A stretch of 64,000 bases of DNA from Antedon mediterranea (lineage: Eukaryota; Animalia; Echinodermata): contig NC_092672.1 in NCBI RefSeq assembly GCF_964355755.1, positions 8,432,001 to 8,496,000 of the forward strand, given 5' to 3'. A model generated the notes under the pieces. The model was given only the letters and a program-made list of their open reading frames with translations, was not told the origin of the DNA and did no database searches. How positions within the stretch are numbered: the stretch's first letter is position 1; every line of letters begins with the position of its first letter. Below are positions 12,287 to 25,700 of the stretch, piece by piece. A program made the position numbers and the translations under genes.

Positions 12287-15200
12287 TGTATCTGTACTCT
12301 ATCTAGCCTTTTGTATCTTCTATGTATGTAAAATTATAAACAATACAATACTCTCCAAAAACAAGTATGCAAGTACATTGGTGCAACTTTGAGGATAGGG
12401 ACATGTCGTGGGTAAACCACTGTGATCAATTATAGGTCATCTGGTACCAAACAGAAGAATGCGTTCTTTTTTTACCGCCAATTTTCTCATCTTTATTGTT
12501 ACATATGTACTGTATTTACAAAACTACTTTGAAATAGTAGTAGTATTAAAATAGTCCCTTAATTCAAGTTAATCCTAACAACAATGCATTTTTGTTTTGC
12601 TATCTTAAAAGGCAACTCTACATTATGTTGTAGGTTGTAGATTGTATTCTCGTTTAGCGTTTCAATTTTTGTCGGGAGTTTCTTCTGAGCAAGTATTATA
12701 TGTATGAAACAAAGTATATACAATATATATCTTGTTACTAATATTAAGTAGAAACACAGTCTAAAACCTAGACTAATAAATGGATTTATAAAGTGCCTAT
12801 TTTTTGTAAAACCTCTATTAGCGCTGTAGATACATTATTACCAGGGGCGGTCGCAGAACTATTTATAAGGGTGTTGCCTCCGTCCGCCCCTGATTACCCC
12901 GGTTATACTGCATAATATACAGAAGTGCCTGTAAATCTGCTTGTACTGTAGCACAAGCATGGTGTTATTAAAAAATGAGTATTGATGAATTAATGTGGTT
13001 CAATTTTTTGCTTAAATAATGAAATTGAGGATTCTCCTCAAATGCTAAATGACTTGAATATAAATAAGTTGTTTATCTTATGTTCATAAATTGAAATGGA
13101 AAATAAACTGAAACTGATAAAGACAGAAGCAAACAAGACAAGCCTTTTAATGGTAAAAACTGCTTTATTTTATTCTTTACATTCATTTATTCTGTACAAT
13201 ACAATTTAACAAATAAATAAATGTGTACATACAAAAAATACACCTAGGCCTGAAATGACAGCAGTGTATGTGTACAAGGAGAGATAGATGGTATGTAGGT
13301 TAGGATTGATAAAAAAAACATTTGCTTGAATTAAAAAAAATAAATGAGATCTCCATATTTGTACATACTTGTTGCCAAATGCTTTAAAAAACCTGGTACT
13401 AAAGACCATTTAATATGTAACAATTTAATTCTACATATGTAGTGTTATGTGTAATTGATAAGTCCATATTACACTAACATTTATAAAATATTGTTGCTTA
13501 TTAAAAAAAAAAAAGCCTATTTAACCCATTGAATCAATCCTAACATCTCAAATACTTATCCTAACATCTCAAATACTATTCGTCAATTTAGATCCTGCAC
13601 AGCAACCAACCATTGGTTAATTTTACACTTTGACCTCAATCTCTGTAACATTTACAGGCCTACTGTAATTGATTCAATTGCAACATTATGATTTTTAGAT
13701 AAGTACATAGTAGTTTTGGTTATATGCAAGACCAAGCCTGAGAGTAAAAATACAAGCGCTGAAACAATGCATACATTAATGCTTGTTTTAAAAAATGTTA
13801 TACATATATAAGGCAAATGTGTATAAATTGCAACAGAAAATGGCATAACAATCATAACTGAAAAATAAATAGTGAATTACTAACTATAAATAGTCATGCT
13901 AATAATAATACTTAAATGCTCTTGATAACTATAATACAGAGAGGCAAATCAAAATTTTTTTCTTTTTATGGTATAAATAATAAATACCTAGTTGTGGAAT
14001 ACCTGCCAGCATATGAAAAGCATTAGGGTCTACACTCATAAATAATTTTGTTGGGAACTCATTTGCAGAAAGGGACCAAATAGGTAGAGTTGGCAGGTGG
14101 AATAACAACATACATGTATACTAAATAGAATAGGAACAAAATACAGTGAATCTTCTAATGTCATGTAATGTTTAAAGCAAGTGTTGTAGAATTCAAGACA
14201 CAAATACTTACAAACAACCATAACCCTTAAAAAGTCTCAAAAAACTTTGGTAAATCGAAGTTGCCTTACAAAAACCTTAGCAACAGCGCCTTCATATAAA
14301 AAAAGAATTTTACTTATCTAAACAAAAACTCCCAAGCTTATATATAAGTTAAGTTTACGAAAATTTTATAAACGTACGTTGATATTATTCACTGTACAGT
14401 ATTGTAGAAAATTTGCCATTTTATAGGATAAATTACAGTAGTAAATGTGTATCTGAAATTGTACATTATTTTCAATATTTATATACCATACAAACATACA
14501 ACAACCAACAAGGGGCCAGCCTTATTGGGGAAATATAATACCAAATAATGCCTTCTACAAAGATTAAAGAGACTTTACAGGCAATATATTTTATACAGTA
14601 TCATTATATCACATTTATAAATGCCTGAATAGTCCCTTTAATCTCTCTCTTAAACTTGTAGGGCAAGTACAATACTAAATATTCTTTCTACAAAAATTAA
14701 AGGTACTGTGCATGTATTTTATACTACATCTGTGGCATGCCCAGTACATTTAATTTGACCATCTTATTTTGCACAATGTCTATAAAAAAAAATTAATATA
14801 GAGAGAAAACAATTTATAATAGAATATACGTTGTGAAGAAAGTGACTGGAATGTATCAACAATAGAAGTATATTGAATACTAATAATTAATGCATTTAAT
14901 TATCATTTACTTCAATACTCTATTTAATATTCTAAATAAATAAAACATATCAAACATGTAGAATATTTAATATTGTTCAAAATGTAGCCAAGATTATTTT
15001 TTTCATTTCGTTGGTGTGTGTTGGCATCCATCATTCCTATACACCTCATATATTTTTATAAAAAGAAATGAATAAATAATTTCATAAATTCTTTAATAGA
15101 ATAACAAATCTTTAACTCCAATATGTATATCTTTTTGCTGATGCTGTACAATTTTTAAGGGATTTAAATGTTTTAGTTTTTACACTCCAGTCAGTCACAA

Positions 15201-16751
15201 CAAACATTTAACAGAATTGCATAAAAACGTGTACACTTATTTTAAATTAACTTGCTCATGTTAACAGTATACAAATTAATATCTTTATTTTAGGCAGTAT
15301 AAAAATATTTGTAGGATTACAAAAAAGCAAGATAATTTAAAAAGTTTCAATAATAATCACTTTATTGTCAATAATGACAAAATAATTATATAGGTTCTTA
15401 AAAGACAATACACCAACACATGGTTAGGCAATGCATACTAAATTATATTAACATAGAATATAAAAGAAAAGGCACAAAAATTAAGCTTGGTTCCCATTAA
15501 GACACAGCAGTACAAGGATACATATAAAACACAAGGATATACACCCAACACAATGATAGATACCACACATAACATGGACACATATACACCAAGTGATTGA
15601 TCATGTGAACGGAGCTTAGTATTCCTCAAAGTACATGTGTGTGCATACTTCCTTGCATTTGTGTCCTAGTGGGAACCAACCTTTACAATGCTATAATTGA
15701 AAAGTAAATAATAGTACAGTCTAAAACATTTACAATTAAATAATTTTAATACATTGCCAAGAAGTATATAATTAGTATGCAATATAACCACTACAGAAAC
15801 TTTTCATAATATCAAAATATATTGTTGCATTTTATTTGTTCAAAATTGTCGTAATATTTTAAGAAGCAAAAGTACAAATGGAAATTTGGATATTTACCCG
15901 CAGCAAATCATGTTACGACTACCTGGCAACTAAAAAGGCCACCTTATAAGGAAATTTGCATATGCTACATTAGCTGAATAAATTAAAAATGGCGTGTATT
16001 ATGTAAAGCTCTGTTTACACTATCAAACTAGTTTGACGACAAAAAAATATATGTGCACATCACATTTTGTTGTCACATAAAGTTTGATAGTATAGACAGA
16101 TCTAAGACAGTGATAGCAATAATATGTGTATTATATATTCATCATGGAGGAATTACTCCATGGTATTCATGTACTGTATAATGCTGTATTTTGATATCTG
16201 GTTACAGTATTTCTTTCAGCAAACTTACAACCACTAATATATACAGTACAACCAAAATTGTAAAAACTTGCATAAACTAGTATGTTGGCTGTACCTAATT
16301 ATCATTCAGCTAATGTAGTAGCTAAAATATCTTATATGCAGGGGCTTCTTGACCACCTTGAATTATGCAAATTATCAAAATCAATTTCTCTGAGCTTAAA
16401 ACGTCAAAATGTGCAAAACATCACAAAAAGTGAAAAAAATGTCACTATATCCACAAAAAATAAGAGACAGTTACTAAATCCAAAGTCAATGTCCTCTGTT
16501 AAGTCGTCTTTACAAAATATGTATAGTGTTATTCACTTTATAAAATATATACTCTAAACAAGCCAATCAAATTTCAAGTTTTCCAGTCCATGTACAAACT
16601 ACGTTCCTTTTACTTTTATACTATAACTTATGGCAATAAATGTACCTTGCAAACTTCTTAAGCTCATTTCAACTTTTCGTGTTAGCATATTTTAACTTTA
16701 AATTGGTTTTGATAATTTGCATAACAGGTGCTATATAGGCATTTGTAACTA

Positions 16752-19700
16752 TCAATCCCCAGGTGTACTGTCTGTACGATGCATCTCCATAAATTTGCGC
16801 ATCTTCTGTAGTATGTGTTCCGGAACTACAAACGACTTTAGTTCATGTAGTAAAAGACTGGTATTTCTGTAAAAGTATAAAACAGTACTATAAAGCTCTG
16901 TCCACACTAGTTTGACAACAAAAGTGTGATATGCCCAAATATGGTCGTGATATGACATCATCATGTCCATATGGGTACATCACATGTTTTTGTCACATAA
17001 AGTTGATAGTGTAGACAGAGCTTAATACAATGTGATGATACCCTTCAATCCTAAGTATTTCACTTACGTACTTAAGGATTTCCCTTGAGTCGTATTCACT
17101 TAAGGATTTCCCTTGAGTCGTATTCACTTTGATCGGCGACTTTTTACAAACATTTCCTTAGTCTATCAGTGTGAATGGACATTTTATACGGACATATCTC
17201 CAATTGTATATTTGCAGGATTAGCCTATTATTTGCTATTAAATTACTATCATTATAATCATGATGTGATCAAGCAATGATAATGCCGTTTTTTGTACGTT
17301 ATTACGTGCCAACATAATAATGCACCCTGTTCATTGAGAGATTAAATTTCCACCAATCAGCTTGATTTGATTAATATGAATGAGTTCTAATTATATGGTA
17401 TATACCACTGATTGTTATGTTTAGTTTTCCCACATTATTTTATAATTTGATTTTTTTGGATAAATTTGCTAGTTCATAAGCACCTCACTGATATTGTTGA
17501 TTATGATCTACTTGGTAATGTTTATCTTTATGTGAAAGTTTTGATATGAGAGCGTTTTAAAAGTTTCAATTGCTATTTATATTGTTATCTTACCTGTAAT
17601 CTGGTGTTTGTGATAACTCTAGAATGTCTTCTTTAATCATTAAGTAGGCCTTACCACCCGTAGCAGGCATTAATCTATTATCATACAACCATTGTTTGTC
17701 ATCTTGATCACCGGAATACTGTCAACCAAAATATATCATACAATTTAAGTGAATGAAAAAACCCCTTTAGAGATAGATTGACAAAGAAATGAAAGCACTC
17801 AGAAAGTGAGTGAAGTATTTGGCAAAAATATTGCCATAAGAGAGCGCATGTTGATATTTCGGCCCATGTTAAAAGAATGCAAAGTTTTCTTTACTTTTAT
17901 TTGTGAAGTTATTAATGAACCAAATTTCTTGAATTTCAATAGGCATGTTCTGTAAGTGTATACCTATTTACACCGAAATATTCAGTATAATATCTTGATA
18001 ATTGTAGGGGCTATCATGCTAACGAACAAAGCAAGTACTATACAAAATTCTTTGTGTTTATAGATCAATACATTTACTAATGTACTTCTATACAATATTA
18101 TTATATTTAGCAGTATTATTTCAGTTACCAACCTTAAATACATTCGGATGCTTCATATACAACCTGCCCCTTGTTGCACCTAAACCAAGTGCTCTAGATA
18201 AGAAGAAAATATGGAAACTTAACTTATACTGTACAAAATACCCAACTACCGCTCGGCTATTTGATTCTTATAGTACAAGTAACTTCACTTTTACTTTATA
18301 TAGTGTAAATACATAACAGAAAACAAAATTATAACTAACTTATTAGCCTTTGCTCCCATCACAAACTCTGTCTCTGTTGTAAGACGATTTGGGTTCCATT
18401 TTGGTCCTTCCCGCTTCACTGGTTCATTCTTGACCTTTGCAGGTCGAGTGGGTCTTGATATATTTATGTCATCTGAATTCTCATAATCTTGATGATGCAA
18501 AGGCGGCCTACCTTTTCTCTGAAAAATTTATAATTTCAAAGTAAATTTATTTAACATTTAATAATTGTACAATATTTATAAGATTAAGGTTGGGCAGAAA
18601 AAGAAAGCTGTGAGGCAACTACAGATGTATGGCCTTATGGTTGTCATTTTTCATATTATTCTTCAATTTGTCTTCTATCAGTTGATCACTTGGTTGGTTG
18701 ATCTAGTTTTAGAATTTTAAATTTTCTTATGTGATGGGTACTTTTTGTATAAATCTGTCATCTTCTAATTTCATATAGTCACAGAAATAGTGGGAAATCC
18801 ACATCCTGCCTGAAGAGACTGTAACAATTGGTGTCTCACCATTCATTGTGAAAACAGGATAGTATTTAATTTTAGTGATTAATATGTTATTTTACACTTT
18901 AGGTACCCAATATGCAATTTGCAATCATTTCAATTTTTTGAAATGTTTAACATTAAAACTATAGATATTTTAAAAGTAAAGATCTTATAAAACATTAGAT
19001 TAAATAAACAAAAAATAAATTAAAAGTTGTTAGTACCTTTCTTACCTTTCTCGTGGTAACTGACGGCGTAGGGCGCATAGAAAATGTTCCACTCTCAATG
19101 TTTTCATCTCTCTAAAAAAAAAAATACCAGAAAAAAAAAACAGTTTTAAAACCTAGTTGATATTTCTATGACCATTTTTAATATAGAATTTGATTTTCAA
19201 TATATAAAGCTCTGTGTACATTATCAAACTTTATGTGATTTTCCCATATATGGACATGACATATCACTACCATATTTGGGTTCATAGAATCTACCATTAT
19301 CTGGTGTGTAGGGGTGTTTTATAAAGTTTTATATATTCAAGTTGTAGCTCTCTTTTCGGAGAGAATAGGCCAATGTTGGTTTATCCAGGTAAGCTAATAG
19401 ACTACCAACGCCACTTTTGGTTTATGTAATTTGGGCACATCAGACTTTCTTTGTCACATAAAGTTTGATAGTAGAGAGGTTTCGCAACCATACGATAACG
19501 AAAACGATCAGTCATACATTTGTGAAACTTTTGAGCTGATCCCCATTTCATATTCGTAAAGCGTATTCGTGTTGACAAATATCACCAGTCATATTCGTAA
19601 CTACAGAACGAGTATAGTTTTTGATCTATTTTGCACATTTTGCATTTGAATTAGGAATGATTCATGATTATAATATAATTATAGATTTATTGAAAGTAAT

Positions 19701-22700
19701 TTACTAAAGTAATTTACTAAAATGCCAGGTCAATTTAGATAAATAGCAGTTTTTAAAGTCCTCACTCGCTTTGATGTTACGCTAGGCCTAGGCAGCCAAG
19801 CACCAAGCAACACGTACCTGCGCTGTGCTCAAATTTACCGCAGTCATATTTTGGACGCGACTCAATATTTCGTTGCCATGCGAAACAGATTTTTTTTATG
19901 GCTTACAAAAACAAATACGTGTTCGCGACGTATCCGTTTTCGTTATCGTATTCGTAAGATTGCAAAACCTCTCTACTATTAAACTTTATGTGACAAAGAA
20001 AGTCTGATGTGCCCAAATTACATAAACCAAAAGTGGCGTTGATAGTCTATATGTGCTAGCTTACCTGGATAAACCAACATTGGCCTATTCTCTCCGAAAA
20101 GAGAGCTACAACTTGAATATATAAAACTTTATAAAACACCCCTACACATCAGATAATGGTAGATTCTATGAACCCAAATATGGTAGTGATATGTCATGTC
20201 CATATATGGGCAAATCACATAAAGTTTGATAATGTAGACAGAGCTTTACAAACCTCATCTGCTCTGTATGAGCTGCATGTCCTTCCAGCATCACTGCCAG
20301 CATAGCTAGCTGCAGATCCTGCTATAGCCAGCCAGTCTAATCGAGATTCTTGTGTGAATGCAACGTCTGAGGGAGGGTTGAAAATTTCTTTGGCCTGGTA
20401 ATACAAGAAAATATTACAAGACAATAGTACAAAATAATGATTTTATGAACTAGCAAGTTTATTGAACGATTTGTTATACTCTTTTATACTATTTCTGGAC
20501 AAAGTCACACACTGTGTAAACTACCATTTAAAGTTTTGAAATTAATTCAATAACATAAACACAAATTTATCTTAATATTCTCATTAATATTTATTAATAA
20601 AACTGACTGATTCATATCGAAAAAATGTTAATTTTCAGATGTCATAGTTATTGTAAGATTAAGTTTTAATATGTTAGTTTCAGTTTCGTTGAAATACATC
20701 ATAAAATATTATTTTAATACAACTTAAATTATCCCTTTTAAAACTATGTATTATTAATTGTATTGTCAATTGAATTATTGTTAACATCATTTTCCCTCGT
20801 TTCAATTTACAAATATTTCTAATTTAATAATCTTTATATTATTAACTCAATTGAATGTAACGGTTTTTGTGATAGAAAAACTGAAGTTATAAAGTACTCT
20901 GGTATCACTGTATAGAGATAGTTTGGCCAACTATATTTGAGGCTTAGGGAGTGGAGTAAAAGAGATACAAGTACAAAACTAGCTTCTAGGCCAGGATTGA
21001 ACCCTGAACCATAACCACCATGCTACAGCTCCTCTACATTATGATTTTATTATGACTTTCAAGTTATTAGCGAAGTTGCTATAGATTCCATTCTGAAGTT
21101 CGGTCTATACTATCAAACTAGTTTGACAAAAAAAGTGTGCCCAAATATGGTAGTGATATGCCCAAATATATTATAGTGATATGACGTCATCGTGTCCATA
21201 TATTGGCACATCAAAGTTTTTGACATCACATAAAGTTTGTTAGTGTAGACAGAGCTTTACATTTTTGTTGTCATCATCACCATCATCAGATATATCTATA
21301 TTGAAATATTGAAATAAAACATGTTTGAACTCACAGCATCTAAACAATCTTTTAATACAATAACCAAATGCTCATCATTTACAGATTCTTGCCCATAATT
21401 ATCTCGTATATTCTGAACTGCCAACTGGAAGAACTGTAAAATATCAAGCAATAATTAAATACTACTTCTTATTCCCTATACTCCTGGTCTACAGCATTTA
21501 TTTATACAGCAAATATACCAGCGGCCCAAAGTACATAAATAATAATTACAAAAATTAGGTGCAAAATGAATTTTATTTTTAATGCACAACAAATAAATTT
21601 TAGACATATTTTCAATTAAAATAATATTTCTGAAAGAAAATTAATTTACTTATTTTCAGAAGGGAAATTATAAAAAACAACTTTTAATAAATCCTGACGT
21701 AAATTCATTGTAGAATGGGCAAATTAACAGAAAGTATTATAATGTAACTTGAAACATTTTAAATACCAATTATTTCTTCCAATGGTTTTAAATATCCCTT
21801 TAATTTACTGTTTGTCTTAAAGATGTATTGTCCTCCTGAAAATAATTTTTTAACATTTTTTTGTTGAATATACCATTTTAATGTTACATAATAGTTATTG
21901 ACTTCGACCAAAAATTGGATCCAAAAAAAATGTATTTACCTGAAAAAACTGGAATTTAAAGCAAAAAATGGTCAAATTGGCGGCCAGCCAATGAATTTTT
22001 GGTTGAATTTAACCATGTTTTTGGGGGACAATACATCTTTAAAGTTTGTGAGAAATTTATAATTCAGAAATGAAGGTGCAAGTGTATTGAATATGTTTGT
22101 TTTGTGACAATTCAAGATAGTACATTTTTTTTAATTTTTTTATTTTGTGTTTTATAGAAATAAACTACTAAGTAAAACTTTTTCAAGTTTTCACCACAAT
22201 CAATTTTCTACAATTTAAAATAAAAGGTTTGACCTTTAGACCTAGATTTGTCTACCCATTACATATCTAAATAAATAATCTAAATTAAAATGTGTATGCT
22301 GTGAAGCAGGCCTTAGGTTTTCTGAGCCAACTCATGTAGGGTACTGGCTTAAGCTTGTCATGTTTAACTATGATAGTTGTTATCAGTACAGTGCTAGAAT
22401 TTGTACAAATGCCAATGTTCTTCCTAATCTCTCACCTACCGTACTCAGGAAATGTTATCAATTAAACCAGTTGATGGAAAAATAAATGATTTCACATTTA
22501 CTCTAAATCATTTTTTTTTTAAATCATAAACAAGCAAAATTTTAAATTTTATTTATTTTTTCTTTTTTTTTCTTTTTCTGTAAACTAGTAATTAGTATTA
22601 ATTTGTTTTTTTCAAGGTCAATGTTATGTGTGTGTACAAAGAAAAAATAAAAACAAACGAGGAGAAATGGATCGTACTAATCGTTAACAGCACTGTACCT

Positions 22701-25700
22701 GAATATAATGTTGAAATACTTTTTCTATATCTTCATTTATCTTCTTCTGAAGAGCTCGTCGTAATAAATTTAAAGTTGTGACTGGATTAAAACTTCCACC
22801 AGACCTTCAACGACAATAAATATCTTTGTAATTGGCATACATTAAAAAAATACAGTGTTTATAAAATTAAAACTTTACAGAAACTAAAAGTCGTGGTTTT
22901 GTAAGGCCCAACCCACTTGCACAGGAAATTGAGTTGGGGAGTTTTCTTTTCAAAGTTCCCTCAGAAATGTAAAATAAATAGATACAGGAAATCCAAATCA
23001 ATGGGTTTATCTGTGGCTGCGGCATGATCAAGTCCTCGCCCCTTAACAGACACCACACGATGCAGAGACTATGTACAACATAGTACAATAATGTTGGTAT
23101 TTGTAGCAGCAAGACATAAGATCAAAAGACTGTTACAAGTTCCTATCTTGGCAAGGCGAGCTCAGTGTCCTGTTGTTAGATTGCCTTAGCAGTGGTGTCC
23201 TCCAAAACATACAGTATTTACTCTTGTTTGTTTCACCCCAAAGAACCCTGTTGTTAGATTGCTACCTTAGTAGTGGTGTTCTACTGTATTCAAAATATTC
23301 AAAACTCAAATTATCTGTATTATATTTCCAACGAAAAAGCATTCACATTTGTTATTAATTAATTCATATAAATTTGTTAAATTATCATATAAATCATAAT
23401 GTATTGAATACCTTGTTGTATATGCTTGTCCTGGCTTTCGTACAAGTCTGTGATGTTTATTTGGTGGAAATGTGTTCAACGTCTGAGAAAATGGATTTCG
23501 CTGTCAAATAAAATATGTTAATTTTAGAATAATAATTTATTCGTTTCACTCTTTTAGAACAGAGGGACACTCTTCTATAGAAGGGGTTTTACAGCATACA
23601 AATATTTACAAGGTAATAATGATTTAAAAGTACTATTTTAAACATGATGAAAAACACAATAATTAAAAGAAATTGTCATAACAAATCACTATCACTTTGT
23701 TTAATATATTAATAATGTTTCTGTAGTGGATAGGTGGTGTTTTAGGGTAGAATATATTTGGTATATTATTTGGTCATTTAGGTATACCTCATAACAGATA
23801 AGTTTAGTGTAAAACATTTATTAAAATTCACATGGTTAATATGCTTTTTAGGTATAAATAAGGTTTATGTACTTCAGTATTTTAGGTACTGAATATTCAA
23901 CATCTGTATAGCTAATTTAGGTCTAGCAGTACAGGTTGTGTAAAAACAGTACTTAAAATTTGCATAATGGAATGAATGGACACACTAGTAGAATTCTTTG
24001 CAAGCAGAACTTGGTGAGAGACATCTACAGTAGGTAAGCCACATAGAAGTAGTTTAGTCTGAGAACTTGTTTAGGATGTATAATGGTAGTGTTTGTTGGA
24101 AGAATTCTGTTATTGCTTTAATAGGCAAAGGATTTATTGTACCAGTTTGTCAACAATATCCAGTTTTAGTACAGTAAATAATGCAGTCCAAATCAGTTCC
24201 AAGTTGTTGTGTTCATCCAATGTAAGTCAGCCATTTTATTTTTCATTTAGTGTACACTGTATATCAAGGTACAGTATACAGTACTGTAGTACAGTACAGA
24301 ACTTAAGCGCATATAATATGGCTAGAAGATTTACTTATGTTTAGATAACTTTAATTTATTATTTCTCTAGGAAATAAGAGACACTTAATAATAAACAAAA
24401 ACAGACAAACAAAAGCAACATTTTAACTGTCTAGTCAAACATTTTTTAGCTGTGTCCAGTTTACTTGGTGAGAAGTGAGTAGGGCTAAAACTAGCTCTAG
24501 TTCACACAGCTCCTGTCGTGAATGAGTACATGGGGAGAAGTTATTAACTTAATTTGTTTGTTTTTTTTTAAATGTTTTCCTAATAATATAGCTTTTGCTG
24601 TCTACCATTAACCAATGATTTCCACTTTATTGGCATCAATTTCTTTTTTGATTTTAAATGCTTTAAATAATACTTTTAAGCAATACACACCCATATTTTT
24701 TTAAACTGAAATATTACTGGTGAAAGCAAAGGAACACCAAAATACTACACCATGCCCCTTTGGGTTACTGTACATTTCCTTTCAATACAGCTTTACACTC
24801 GGTTAAGCAAGTGAGTGGTTAAGACAGTGGAACCATAATTGCATAGCCATAATTTAACATTGGTAAGGATTTGAGATGAGTAGGGGTACTAGTACAGTAC
24901 ATAACAGCCACTGATCATAACTGGGCCCTCTGTGAGACCAGTCTTTGACTGAAGAGATTGCCCAGTATAAATAAATATTAACGAACAAACACTGCATACA
25001 GTACATACTATACAAGCATGTATGGGTTTTCCAGGTACTAGACTACTAAACATGGATACGTACTATACTCTCGGTCAGACTAGATCGTTTTTCTTGAAAT
25101 CTGTCTGCAATATTGCTTATGTTACTGTTTGCTCCACCATTCCGGCAACATGTTGTAGACGCAGGCCTAAAAGAAAAAAAAACAGTTTTACCTTTATTGT
25201 ATTGTTATCTACAACTTAATATGTTAGCAAGTTACTTTACATTGTCAAATTTTATTAGTATACTGTACTTATCAATTTATCCAGGATATGGTATACAGTA
25301 TAAAACATATTCTCATTAGTTAGTACTGTAGGTGACAATTGTTGCTCATAAAGAGTTTAACAATTTTCAAATAAATCAATTAAAAATTGATTTAACTTTA
25401 GGCATTAAAAAAGTAAATTCATTAGTGCATTGTAAAGTTAATTGTCCAGTGTTGTCCACTTTTCCATGATAACTACAGGTAAGAGTAAGAATGAGCACAC
25501 TGCATACATGTTTTAACACTGGCACACCAAACGCCTACAGTACAATACCCTATGCAGTGGGACACGCCTACAGTACAGTACCCTATGCAGTGGGACACGC
25601 CTACAGTACAATACCCTATGCAGTGGGACACGCCTACAGTACAGTACCCTATGCAGTGGGACACGCCTACAGTACAATACCCTATGCAGTGGGACACGCC

